A stretch of DNA of 64,000 nucleotides, from NCBI GenBank assembly GCA_022813865.1, contig JALDZX010000004.1, positions 620,001 through 684,000 of the forward strand. The letters are read 5' to 3'. Every line of letters begins with the position of its first letter. Position 1 is the first letter of the stretch. Source of the stretch: Xylographa opegraphella (lineage: Eukaryota). Under the pieces are notes generated by a model. That model ran no database searches, was not told where the DNA came from, and saw only the letters and a list, made by a program, of their open reading frames with translations. Shown here piece after piece: positions 1 through 12,441 of this stretch. Position numbers and translations under genes: made by a program.

Positions 1-1199
1 CGAGTGTGTTTTGTTGTGGTAAGGACCTGACTGAGGTCGCGGTGAGTTGAGTCGCGATGCATACTCTTCAGAAGCAAGATAGCCGATTTGTTCATCAGGA
101 CGTGCCACGACATTGGGAGAAGTGCCTAGTCAATCTTTAGAAAGAGAATTTAGAATCTTGCCAAATTGATAAAGAACATACCAAATCCAGCACCGCGGCT
201 TGCGGTGTCTCTGACGATTTTGTTCAAATCCTCACTACTCATCGCCCATTCTCCCCTGCTCCCACCGATCCCAGGGCCATATTGCCCTGATTCTTCTCGC
301 ACAAGAGCATCGGGGTGCTTGTCATACCATGCTTTCTCAAATTTATCAGGAACTGCCAGACCGTGTCCGTGTAAGCCATAACTGCCAGGCGGGCCTTGAA
401 AGACCTCTTTTGCGCTACTTCTGCGTCCATGATGTCTAGGCCTACTTCCATCGTTATGGAATCCAATCCCAGAAGGGTGATTCTGCGTATAAGGCGAAGG
501 CGACGGAGCCTGCACGTCTCCAGCGTTGGGATACATTGGCACTCGTTGGCCAATTTCGGGTATTCCGTGCTCGTCATCGACTTGTGTAGAGCTCGGTCGT
601 TCAGTGGATGCAGAAGACTGTATGCTCGAGAAGCTCTCTCTGGGTTTCAAAGGTCTTGCGTACGGATCCTTGTCGTCCACCTGTAATGGTGTAGCTGCCT
701 TGCCAATTCCCATGGCGGCAGCTTGAGAAGAATCTGTGCGAGTGACAGTCGCAATCCGCGCTTTTGCACCAGAGGTGGAAAGTGATGGCTTCGGTGCGTG
801 GAGAGGGAGATCATTGCCAACATTCCTAGTTTGTGTAGGAGAGCCAGCCTCGGAAGTAGTTCCAGACTCCTCGTATGCCAACTCCGCATACTCGTTTCCT
901 TCTTGACCAATGGAAGGGAGACTGACACTGGGCGGCCTTGCTGGCAAGCTCATACTCGAATTCGATATATTTGGTCCATCGCTGCTGTGTAGCCGAGTAT
1001 TCATGTTGCTGTGATTTATAGCAAAAGGAGTTTCATTGAGAGGAGATCGAGCGAAGCTGTCTCTGTGAGGTGATTCAGACCGATCTGCGCGACGCTGAGC
1101 AGGTCGCGGCGGAACCTTTGGCGGCTCCAGCATTGTAGTGGTTGGCGCCTGAGGCACTTGGGCACGATTCGGACGTGGAGGGATCTGAGGCATTGCCAT
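1..1199 (-). CDS. Aim21-like (DUF3210-type) proline-rich protein, 3' end runs off the window
   Basis: ORF from MAMPQIPPRP (ATG 1199) with HGIPEIGQRVPMYPNAGDVQAPSP and FEKAWYDKHP blocks that I recognise from fungal Aim21-like proteins; GT-AG intron 126-181; reading continues past base 1. Confidence 0.65.
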
Positions 1200-2426
1200 T
1201 TTTGGCTCGTGTGCTATCCGACCTATGATAATGGTGAGTATCCGGCACTTCAACACCGGTTACAAAGTCGTCATCAAGAAGCAAAGCATCGCGATGAGCA
1301 TGATATGAGAGTCCGCTATGACAATAAGAGTAATATCTCAGCACAATCGGCGGTCATATCAATTGGTGACTCTTGTACATTCTAGCCGTTGTTATGATAC
1401 ATATAACAGCACTTCGCAATGCCAGAGACTTTCACGGACGGAACTCCCATTGCGTCTGGCAGTTCTTGGGGGATGAATTGCAAGAGTATTCTCCAATGAA
1501 AGGGCTAGGATGCAACGAACAGGCCCTGGGGATGCTCAAGCACTTACCTTGGGATTTGGAGAAGCCTAGCACCACCTCCCTGATGTCTGGCAGACAGTAT
1601 AAGAAGAAGACTCAAGGCAAGAAAGACGTTCAACCGGAAAGTTTGAGGGGCTCGTCCGAGGTCATTCCTTTGATGAAGGTTTCAAGGTTCTGGCTCCCCT
1701 CGGTTCCTGTGCAGGGGACCGATCGATGACGATCCAGCCTAAAACTTAAGCGGAAAGCCCCCAAACAAGGGCAGGCTTAGGGAGGATGGGCCTCACGTTC
1801 TCGACAAAGACGGAATCCGCAATCGTACACATTATATCCTACGGGATTCACACAATCGTGAATAGCCTTTGCAAGGAACTGGCCTGTAAAACATTCCTTG
1901 TTGAGATCTCCTGGTGAGGGAATTAGGTATGGTAGGTACATACCTACCACAGTATTCGACTCACCGCCAAAAAGGGCATGGTTGCCTGCACAAGCAAAAA
2001 CTTCTGCATCTCACGTGGAAAGCACCCGTGCATCATCATTCGACACTATGAATTCTCCGCCGGCGCTTATGGATATCAACTGCTGATGGTAAGGTTGGTC
2101 CATGTCTACATCGAATCGCTACCTAAGCGGGCCCAGATATTAATGGCACTCTACAACTCCACCAAACCGATGTCTGGGTATCAAGCCTCACCGTGCACAT
2201 ATGAGATGATGTGTACTCATGGCTATTGGAATTGCATACTTCCGTAAGCCTATTCCGTGGAGACTGTGTACAATCCCACCCACCCCGCTTTTCTTCCATA
2301 AGGTAGTTCCTACACCCAAAAGCAGACCCGCTGTGAATCACGCCCCTTCTTTCTCCACACCTGCCGCTCAATCGATAGTCCCCCGTACATGTATGTTGTC
2401 ACCGCGGTTCGTTCTCGATCGACAGC

Positions 2427-3267
2427 CTATACGATCATCTGCGCAACTCCGTGACCACCCAGCGTCTTGCTTCCTGAGAAATCTTGTCCTCTGACTCCGG
2501 CAATAAGATAGAACACCGCCGCAGTAAGGAGAAAGACTGCTGCAGCAATGAGGCTACTGCTCCCCACAATCAAACTGAGCCATTGGACCAAGCTCATCAC
2601 TCCGTACATTACCGCCCTCATATAATTCGTAGTGAAGCGTCGCATGAACTCGTCGAACTTGGGTGATGTAGGACAGATTCGGAGGAGAAGTGGGATTTCG
2701 AGGAATATAAGTATTACGCCCGAGATCCTAAAGTATCGGTTTAGCAAGCTTTCTAACTTTTCGGATGGCAGAAACACTATACAAGCAAATTATACTGAAT
2801 ACTATGAGACTGATGTGGAATAGGTTGGCAATCCCCAACGCGATGCAGAGGATAATGCAGAGAACACCGGTCCTGTAACAGTATTATTAGCCATGAAAAT
2901 GACCGATCCTATATCGATACTTCGATATCTGTATGAAACCTGGCGTAGAAAGGTAGAGGTATTTTCATCCGCCATGAGTAGTGAGTTTGTTGTGTTTTCA
3001 AGTTGCGGAACTTTCGTCTCGCAATCTTTCAAGTTGCCCAAAGGAAGTTTCCAGTAGAGATTGAAAATCGCTCATTTTCCGCAGATAACTATTGTCGCGA
3101 ACATAGAGCCAAAATTCTGGCTCTCCGAACACGCGAAAGAAGACAGGACTACTAACCATTGAGCGTAGATACCTATCTCTATTAGCAGTCTGCACTATTC
3201 GCAGAACCATGTTCACCAAAGGAAGCTCACTGAAATTGCGCGATCTGAATTCGTCCGCCAGTGTCAT
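2427..3267 (-). CDS. TVP18: Golgi apparatus membrane protein TVP18 (4 exons)
   Basis: Spliced product MTLADEFRSRNFS|IYAQW|TGVLCIILCIALGIANLFH...|ISGVILIFLEIPLLLRICPTS...GVAQMIV; intron 2 is 2873-3156. Confidence 0.9.
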
Positions 3268-4207
3268 CTTGGTTTGCCTCTTGTTAAATTGAAGCTCTGG
3301 AAGCTATCTGACTCGCTCTCAAGGTTGCTGCAGAGCTCCCTTGGACCTTTAACGGCTTAAGTGGCTTATGTGTAAGCTTGCTGCGCTGTGGAAAAAGTGT
3401 AGCGACGATATGTATGTGCGACCTATACTAGCTCCACATAGATGTGTACTCGCATGGATAATAGAAGGTGCTGAAAAAGGTGCTGTGATGTGCAATGTGA
3501 CAGGTGCCTGAAGGAGCTGCAGACAACGACTGGCTTCTTCACAATGTGCCAGGTGTAGCCTAGCGTTCAAGGGTCTGTGCCAAGCTTTGGTAGCTCCTGA
3601 ATTTCGTGAGGCTCAACGTGGATCTAAACTCAGATGCATGTGGAGACCAAATTCAATATTGACACAATTCCCATATGGAAGAATAGGATACAGCATCAAG
3701 AATAACCTCGCAAAATGTTGATAGAAATCTCTGCGGTATACAGGGATCCCGATGATGGACCCAGATGATGACAATCCCGATGAATAAAAATGGCTACAGG
3801 GAAGCTGTTTCAATTCAATTAGTGAGCAGAAAGGTTCAAGGAAATAGACTTGCGGTTTACGGGGCTTTATGTACCTAGTACTCCAGTGTCTTCAGAGTCC
3901 TATAATGGATCTCAGCTAGACACCATAATAAACAAGATTTATCCTCATCAGCAGAGGGGCTGAAGGTTTACTACGCTTTGTGTTGCAGTGGAAAGTCGGA
4001 GTTTGCAAGAAGAGATAGAGATGCCATTGTCAAGTATAGAATCAATCGTAGATCGTAACCTTGGTCCCAGCGTCTTACATTAACCATAATCATTCCTACT
4101 AGATTGAAAGTTTTATTGCATGATCCATGAATCAAGATGCACGAAGGCACACCCGACCCTGCGGCCCTTGCACACCGCTGCTGAGTCTATGAGACAGCTT
4201 GATTCAA

Positions 4208-4952
4208 TTACCCGTATATCAATTTGAAGACATCGTTGAATACAAAATAGCTCCCTTGGTCTGGCATAAGTTGAAAAACTTGGGTATAGTTCATTGATCG
4301 CTGTTCCTCGTCCACCTGTGTACAATTAGCTCCGAGCAACTGCCCATCTAAGGTATACTGACTAGAAGTGCGCCTGTGACAAGTACCAGTATGCCGCCAC
4401 TCTCGTTGGAGGGTTGTGAATCGAGTGTCATGACTTGGTGTTTGATTTGTGAAAATGGCAGTGTCTGTCCACCATGTTAGCGACCAGAATGGCATATTCT
4501 TACTTGAAAAGAGCGCATATACTGTGAGTTTCTCGATTATACCTGTAACACCCTGAACAGCGGCGGTTTCAAAGGTGAGCATGGAGTGGTCACGCTTCGA
4601 AGTGGTCAGTATTCTGCGACTTCCCATTCATTGGATCCGTCGCCACACATACGTAAAGTGCTGCTAAGTTTTGCCGATTTTGATCGAAGGTTTGGTAATA
4701 GAACTCCACAAATTGTTCTGCGGTCGGTTAATCGGGCTGGCAGCTGCGGCGGCGCTACACGGCGCTTCAGAGCCATCGACGGAGCTCTTAAGACTTACGA
4801 GCGATGGTAGAGAAGTCTATGAGATCGCGTCAGCACTCATCATGTCAAAGCTTTACAAGACACAGCCTCAGGAATACAAGGCTTCCATATGCAATTCACG
4901 AATTCAATGGATATACATCTATATTTACGTGAAGACTATACGTACCAGCCAT
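4208..4952 (-). CDS. NTF2: Nuclear transport factor 2 (6 exons, including 7-nt and 18-nt coding exons)
   Basis: Spliced product MA|DFSTIA|QQFVEFYYQTFDQNRQNLAALY|RDHSMLTFET...|TLPFSQIKHQVMTLDSQP...|VDEEQRSMNYTQVFQLMPDQGSYFVFNDVFKLIYG; canonical splice sites. Confidence 0.95.
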
Positions 4953-5189
4953 AGTGTCAACTTATCTAGTGCAACTTTGTGTATTTTTTGATACGAGTTG
5001 TATGAGCGAACGGAATGTTTTTCTCTTTTGTTTGCACGTTGCAGACCATGAAGCCACTCCTGAGGCGATAAGGTAAGGTAGTTTCGCTATGGTGGGATTG
5101 TCATCGGTCCCGCCTACCTAATGCTAACATGTGCTTAGCTAGGCCATATATTGCTTAGCGTTGCGGCTTTAACAGACTACTGTTTTTTT

Positions 5190-5600
5190 CCCTCTGAGAT
5201 CTGTTACAGCAGGTACTTCGTAGAGCATTAGCATACAACGCATGGCAACCATGTCTGCTAATGCTGCACTCTATTTCAATTTGAAAGGGCCAAATAACCT
5301 CAAAGTGAGTCCACAATCGCTTTCATACTTCCTATTCATAAATACATGATGACCTCTACTTCTAAACGATAACTTCTGATCAACATGAAGTAACAAACCA
5401 ATATTCAAGCTCAACAGTCTGACAACCCATTCAATAAACTTCTATGTCGTTGCATTCTATCGGAGCTGAGAACTGATAGTGTATCATACAGATGTTTGTT
5501 TCATTCGTGGATTGCGGCAACTGATTAACCTCAGATCCTTTCTTGGAGAATGACAAGTTGTCGCAGAGGTCTGCGCAAAATTATTCAACCGACGATACCA
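5190..5600 (+). ncRNA. Putative non-coding, spliced snoRNA host transcript (ends uncertain)
   Basis: TATA-like TATAT near 5147; introns 5213-5287 (GTACTT..GCTAAT..AAG) and 5305-5491 (GTGAGT..ACTGAT..CAG) flank a 17-nt exon; no meaningful ORF. Confidence 0.55.
5342..5425 (+). ncRNA. Box C/D snoRNA with two rRNA guide elements, intron-encoded
   Basis: Box C ATGATGA 5346-5352; D' CTGA 5376-5379 preceded by TAAACGATAACT (complement of 18S AGUUAUCGUUUA); box D CTGA 5419-5422 preceded by TCAAGCTCAACAG (complement of 25S CUGUUGAGCUUGA); rRNA sequences recalled from memory. Confidence 0.88.
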
Positions 5601-5967
5601 GTAGTGTCTGCTAATTCTTTCGAATAATTGGCTAAGCGTGAATGTGCACCAAGTTCTTTGTGGCTCTATCGTCTGCAAGTTGGAACGACCAGTCTATGAA
5701 CTGTAAGAACTGTGCCATTGAATTATGGTATGACGCGCATTACTGTTTGTCATTTGTCATGGCTTTTCTGAATCTCTGGTGCACATTCTCTATTTATCGA
5801 CCATCAACTACCATCAATACGAGAAATTTAGTCTTCCTATACGCTGTAGGGTCTGAATTGTGGACGTGCAAGGCCTATCAGAATAGGGGTACGAATGTTG
5901 CGAAATATTATTCTCGTTATGATGGACACTCGAATGAATTTGGTAGATAGTAATGAGCCTGATGGTT

Positions 5968-7184
5968 CTAACCCTTCCGCCGAAGATCTAAAATCTCCGA
6001 AAGTTTCACTTCTCCTTTGCCACCCCATCCAGCCACTCCACTATCGACATCCGGCCTAACTTGGATATACCACGACCATGACCTACGGTCGAGGTCCTCC
6101 ATTCTTATGTACCGTGCCCAAGAACTGTATAGTAGATCCAGCGCAGCAAGCAACAGCGCCAAATTTCGCTCCTTTTCAGCAGGCGTGTCCGACTTTTTCT
6201 TGGAGTTGCCTTTGCCTTCCATTGTTGATGACTTGGAACTAAAGGACTTCATCAAGTAAGCTCTCGCGGACTGTGCAGTGTAGATTGGAAGATCTCCAGT
6301 GGTAGTTTCAGTATGTGAGGCCTTGCTCGACGAGCGCATAGACTCAAGGTCCAAGCCCCACAACGCAGGCTCTGTCTCCGCTTGTCCTATGTTCGTGCTT
6401 TGGGACACAACAGCCTGGCTGGACTCACTCGCCGGTTTTTGGTTGAAAAGGGATTGTTGAAAACCAGGCACTTGATTGGGAGCGTCTGCACCCTCGTCGG
6501 CATGATATCCCCAACGTTTGAGAGTGTGTATTTCACGGTTCATGACCTTCACCTTTGGTTGGCCAAGCCCCCACCCATCTTCTGCAGCGCTGGGCCCCTT
6601 TTCCAAGCCGATACTCACAGCTTTGCTTCTACTGTTCGCACTGACAACCGCTTGAGCGAGACTCAGTCGAGATGATAGTGGCTGGCTGGGCATCGTATAC
6701 TTGAGCAATGTCACAGCAAATGCCAATACCAACGGCGCTCGATTGGTGTAAAGGCTGACTTTGATCAGATCTTCAATTTTGGCATCGACAGTGGGGAGAG
6801 CGAGCGACTGTTCTATCGCTGCAGGAGTCAATATCTCTCCTCCCGATATTTTTTTAATTCGTTTCACGGGTGACGCTGACGAGGCATCCGAGGATTTCCT
6901 TTTCTTCGATACCCTCTTTGCGGCACTGATAATTTGCTTCGCCGTCTTTTCGTCATGGAAAATGTCTGCAATCGCCTTGACGTCTGCAGCTGCCAACTCG
7001 ACGATGCTGATCGCGTCGATTAGAGCTCGATCATGACAAGGCTCCCATCCGCGAAGTGGCTACCATACCTAGCTAGATTGGCCTTTTGAAGGTCTTTAAC
7101 CTTAGGCAACGCAACTTGCAAGGGAATTTTAGCATCTTGTGTGAAAAATCGCAAGATATCCTGTAGTCCAGACTTAGTCGTCAT
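5968..7184 (-). CDS. Conserved fungal hypothetical protein (2 exons)
   Basis: Exon 1 MTTKSGLQDILRFFTQDAKIPLQVALPKVKDLQKANLA then a GTATGG donor; long exon 2 with TNRAPLVLAFA, SRLSLAQAVVSANS and WYIQVRPDV..GWGGKG blocks. Confidence 0.75.
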
Positions 7185-7478
7185 TGTTTCGTCTCACTTT
7201 TGGCTGTCCATTCGTGAAGGATGTTCAGTTGAAGAGGCTCGAGAACAAGTTGTGACTGATGTGCTAAAATGGGAAACAATTTCGGTGACCAGGTATGGTC
7301 CATCCTATAATATTCAATCTTGAGGAAATTATACGAGCTAGATCTAGATTTATCCGCTGGAGATTTTACCTGTAATGTGCATGATGGATATCGCCAACTA
7401 TTTTCCCATTCGTTTCTCATCATCCGTTATCAAGATATTCCATCCCACGTCCAGCCTACACTCCTTTGAACTGCACAA

Positions 7479-8093
7479 TCAATCGCGTACCTTCAGCGCT
7501 TTCCACTCGTCCTCGAGCATTGAAAACTCGATTATATCATGCCAGCCTCCGTCATGCCAGAGTGCCTCTCTCTGTCGACCCTCGGGGACGAAACCAAGTC
7601 TCTCATATAATCTCCTTGCGCCATCATTCCATGAGAAACAGCCTATCCCAATTCTGTGTAGGCCAGCGATCCGAAAGCCCCAATCCAATATCCACCGTAT
7701 CGCCTCGGATCCATAGCCTTTGTTCTGATATTTCGCCAAGATTTCCAGGCCGATTTTGCTGCTGCGATGACGCGCAAACGCCACTTGCGAAATGAAACCA
7801 GCATCAAGCGCGATCCTGCCGATGGGAATTGGTATTTCTGTAGAGGTCCCTCCCTCCGGTGAAACGGAACCAGCAGAAGCTGGAGCAATGCAGATAATTA
7901 CGCCTAACAGAGATTTTCCAGAATAGGCTTTCCTGCTTTCCTCAATCTCTTTCTTGTCCGGAGGCTTTGGTAGCCTAGGATTCGAATTTACTGCGGATTC
8001 GATATCTTGGGCGATCTGCCAGGAGAAGTTGTCGTCCTCCGGACTCTCGTAAGCACGATAGACGAGACGTTGCGAACGAAAAAGGTCGTTCAT
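7479..8093 (-). CDS. GNAT N-acetyltransferase (RimJ/RimL-like), intronless
   Basis: 204-aa ORF with acetyl-CoA motif YQNKGYGSEAI and N..ARRLYERLGFVPEG. Confidence 0.9.
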   Translation of the reverse strand: MNDLFRSQRLVYRAYESPEDDNFSWQIAQDIESAVNSNPRLPKPPDKKEIEESRKAYSGKSLLGVIICIAPASAGSVSPEGGTSTEIPIPIGRIALDAGFISQVAFARHRSSKIGLEILAKYQNKGYGSEAIRWILDWGFRIAGLHRIGIGCFSWNDGARRLYERLGFVPEGRQREALWHDGGWHDIIEFSMLEDEWKALKVRD

Positions 8094-8673
8094 GCTGTGT
8101 CTCGGCAGGAGTGAAGGTGTTTGACTCAGAGCGACGGATGCACGTGAGGACTATCCAGATCTCTATATCTACTTGAGGCTCACGGGCTACTTGACCATGT
8201 TTTAGTTCCGCGTCCCAGCATGACATGGCACACTGAAAGCGCAACCCACCTGGTACACACCCGCGAAGTTCAGACGATCAAGGTTTCGGGCGATATGTTT
8301 CACTTCTACCTGAACATTCTATAGTGTCTCCGGCGAATACCCATCGCTTTCATCCTTCGCGACGCGTGGCCGCTGGTCGCTAGCCGCTTCAGAATTAGCC
8401 GTACGACGCTCTGGCAACTTCCTTGGCTTGTTGTGCGCTCCGGCAACAGTAGCGCCTTCCTATCGCCGAGCTAACCGGTTCTCGACCGTCCATTCGCCTA
8501 GCGTAGATTTCTTTAATTGCTTCAGATATCCCATTTCCTTCGTGCTCCCCCAGACATCTCTTCCATTATTGTATCTCCAGTTGCTCAATCCCATTCATCT
8601 CTCCATCATCCACTTCTCTCGTACCACTTCTCCATATCCACCCTCCCGATTCTATTGAGTCACCGTTGTCAAG

Positions 8674-9421
8674 ATGCTGTCCCTCATCGCCACTGCCATC
8701 ACCTTGACTTCCCTCGTTGCCACGGTCTCTGCGCAAGCTGTCACCACCAACTTCAGTTCCAGTCTTGTTCATCAAATCATCGGAGAAAATTCGCTCACCA
8801 CGCTGAGTAAGAATACGCACTTGATTCATTTCCTGCGAGTAAATCCGCTAACACCAGTTTCTGTGTAGACGCTTGGTGTACCGCACAACATACAGAATGT
8901 GGTACACTCTGCAATGGTGCTACGGATTCCAACTCGTGCGATGGCGTGAGTAGCTCTATCTTCAGAAAGCTATCTACTATTTCTCGTAGCAGATCTGACC
9001 GACTTAGGCATCTCTAAGCTATAACTGTACCTGCAATTCCAACCAGAGTGCCCCTGCGCTCCAATATTACGCCAATACTATCCCATTCTTCCTTTGCAAT
9101 GCTGGAAAGGGCGAATGCATGGCCACAAATGCCAATGACCTTGCTGCGCAACAACAATGCAACATGACCTATGTCTGTGGTAACTCTACTTACGACGCTG
9201 CTACTGCTGTGACAACCTCGTCAAGCTCCTCTGCTTCTTCTTCACCCACCGCTACAGGCACCGCTTCTGGTGCCGGCGCTGGCTCTGGTTCATCAACAGC
9301 TTCCGGTTCTGCCGCCAACCCAAGCCCCACCAAGGCTGCTGCCGCTCTCACGATTGGGCAAGACTATGGTTTTGGTATCCTGGTTGCCGGTTTGTTGACT
9401 GCAATGGGTCTTCTCTTGTAG
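8674..9421 (+). CDS. Secreted Cys-rich, Ser/Thr-rich GPI-anchored cell-surface protein (3 exons)
   Basis: Signal peptide MLSLIATAITLTSLVATVSA; Cys-rich core (AWCTAQHTECGTLC, YNCTC); S/T/A linker; hydrophobic C-terminus; first intron 8807-8868. Confidence 0.85.
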
Positions 9422-10125
9422 GTAACAATACTCGAGATGAAATATGAGGCATTGGGTGCGATGGACTAGGCGGGTTAGTTCATAGGCAGGTTTAGGATGC
9501 ATATTCATGGGTTGTTGATACGAGCTTATGTTAGAAAGCGAAGCGAGCGTGTCGTGGTGGAAGTTGGTGTGAATTACTTGCTTCACTTCATTTGTTTTAG
9601 CAGGGATTAAGGCGGGTAGTAATACTTTTAATCACTCCGTAGACGGAGCTTTGATGTACAGTCTTGGATGCATTCTAGCGTGTCGAAACTCGCAACTACC
9701 TGGTCGCTCTCCCTGGATTCATTACGTGTCGTAAATGGCTATTCTATCGTATACCCAGCCTGAATATCAAGGCTCATCTGCTCCGACTCGTTCCTCCTCG
9801 ACCGAGCATTTTCTACTTGCAGCTTCGGCAGATGGGTCTAGGAAATGGAGCCGCTTTCACAACCTCCTTCTCTCCTGCTCGTGATGTTTTGCATACTTTG
9901 CATATAACAACTCCTTTGCATTTCAAGCATCGCTTTCGACTAAGAAGGCTTTTAGAGAAGTATTTACCACATCAATCTCCCGGATGAGAAAGACACGGCT
10001 CGACCATTGGTTCTAACCAAATATGGAATATATACAACCAAAATCGGAATATATACAAATGAAATGTGATATCTTGAATAGTGACGAAAGAAGGCTTTTA
10101 CGACATGAGATGCACGCAAGTTCCA

Positions 10126-12150
10126 TCAGGTCATGTAGTATTTCGGTCCTTCGCCCCCGTTGGGCGTTGCCTTTCCCGTTTGTAAGCATATCGTTTGCTG
10201 AAAATGTTTAAAGGAGCATCTTACCCAGTTGATGTCCTGATCAGGGACCTTGATGTCACAGGTCTTGCAGTGAATGCAGCTACAAACAAACACAGTTAGC
10301 AACACGTACTCGTCCCTTACCTTCGCAGAAGACACAACGAAGCTGACTTACTTCTGCGCATTTATCTGGAATCTCATGCCGACGTCCTTGCTCCCATCTT
10401 CGATGTACTCATACACACCCGCGGGGCAGAATCGGTTTTCTATGCCTTTGTATTTTGGCCACTCCTTCCTTGCATGCTCGTCCCAGTCCTTGACCTGCAA
10501 GTGGACGGGCTGGTCTTCCTCGTGATTCGTACCGGTACGACTGACACTTGTTAGGATGTCGAAGCTGATTTCGTTGTCTGGTTTCGGGTATTCGATTTTC
10601 TTGCACTGGTCTGCCGTCTTTGTGACGCTGTGGTCGGTGCCGTGGTGCTTCAGCGTCCAAGGCGTGTGACCACGGAACAGGTATGCCTCAAGGCCGGAGT
10701 ATATGATGCCGCCATATATGCCTAGGGAGGTGTGGAACGATGGACGCATATTTCGCACTTGTTTTAGTTCTTTCCATATACTGCTCTCTCGTAGAGCGTC
10801 TTCGTAGTCATATAGAAACACTGCTCCGCTGTCGGATTTGGTGCTTCCGAGCGCCGTGTATGCAGCCTGCGCAGCTAGCATCCCCGAGCGCATTGCTGTG
10901 TGTGTTCCTTTGATTTTGGGGACGTTAAGAAATCCAGCAGTGTCACCAATGAGAGCACCACCTGGAAACGAGCACTTCGGTATTGATTGGTAGCCGCCTT
11001 CATTCAAGGCGCGTGCGCCGTATGATATGCACTTACCACCTTCGATCACGGATTTATACAGAGGATGGTGTTTGAGTTTCTGGAACTCACCGTATGGCGA
11101 AAGCCAAGGATTCGGATAGTCCAGACCTACCACGAGGCCTAACGACACCAGATTCTCACCAAAGTGATAGATCCAGCCGCCACCGTAGGTGTCTGAGGGT
11201 AGCGGATAGCCCATGGAATGGACTACTTCTCCTTTGCGGAAATTTTCGGGCTTGACCTCCCATACCTCCTTCAGGCCAAGGCCATAAGTTTGCGGCTGAC
11301 TTTCTCTCCGTAAGTCGTACTTCTTTATGACTTGCTTGGTCAAGCTACCATGGCAGCCCTCCGCAAAAAGGGTGACCCGAGCATGAAATTCCATGCCTCG
11401 CTCAAAAGAAGCCTTTGGCTTTCCATCACGCCCTACACCAAGGTCGTTGGTGGCAACGCCTTTGACTGAGCCATCGTCCGGCCTGTAGAGAACCTCACTT
11501 GCTGCAAAGCCTGGGTACACCTCCACTCCAACCTCTTCAGCCCTCTCTCCCAGCCACTTGCAAAACTGATTGAGACTTATAATGTAGTTTCCGTGGTTGT
11601 TCATCTGTGGAGGAGCAGGGATAGGTATCGAGCTCTTCTTGGTCAAGAAGCGCATCTTGTCGTGCGTCGCAGGCGTAGCATTCTCGAACCTCGAGGGATT
11701 GTCCGGAGATATCCAGTCCGGGAGTAGTTCCTCCACTGCAGAAGGCTCAATCACATTCCCGGACAGTATATGTGCCCCCAGCTCACCGGCCTTTTCCAGC
11801 AGTAATACTCGAAATTCCTCTTTGCCAGCTGCGTTTGCCAACTGTTTCAATTTAATGGCAGCACTGAGGCCCGCAGGTCCTCCGCCAACAATGCACACAT
11901 CGACTTCATCACTCTCTCTATCTTGCTGACGTGGGTCGAATGTCTCATCTACGTCTGCGAATTTTTGCTGAGATGTAGTCGAAAAGGTATGTCTGGTAAT
12001 GGTGGGACTGAAAGGGCTCCTCCGGTCGTAAAGGCATCTCCGCCGTGCTGGGGCAAAATATGAGTATCTCCTCGTGGCAATGCCCCATAGCTGATTATCC
12101 AGAGCGGAAACTCGCCTGACAAGAGGAAGGCCCAGTGACTTTGATGCCAT
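10126..12150 (-). CDS. CIR2: Electron transfer flavoprotein-ubiquinone oxidoreductase, mitochondrial
   Basis: DVCIVGGGPAG FAD motif, FCPAGVYE and a spliced CIHCKTCDIK 4Fe-4S motif; ends GPKYYMT after two 3' introns. Confidence 0.97.
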
Positions 12151-12441
12151 AGCTGTAACTTGCCACCAAATAGTGGAAGAACATAAGTGTGCCCTCCGAC
12201 TATGTGTACTAGGTATTCGACAGCATCATGAGCCGAGGTTGGACCTGTTTGTGGAGCCCTCAAATGATGTCAATCATCCCCACGGCTTGGCATTAATAGC
12301 CAACTGCATTGCATACCTACCAGTAATTTACGGATGTCACCGGAGCTCTTTCAGCTCAAAGGTAGCCATCAATAATATCAAAAGCATGTCTACATCGAGA
12401 TCTCGATGAATCCGACTGTTCAAATGCTTGCTTGACATACA

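Noticed and set aside
3890..3952. Minus-strand TGATGA...CTGA...CTGA resembling a second C/D snoRNA
   Set aside because: Short (about 60 nt), box C lacks the leading purine, and I recognise no rRNA or snRNA complementarity
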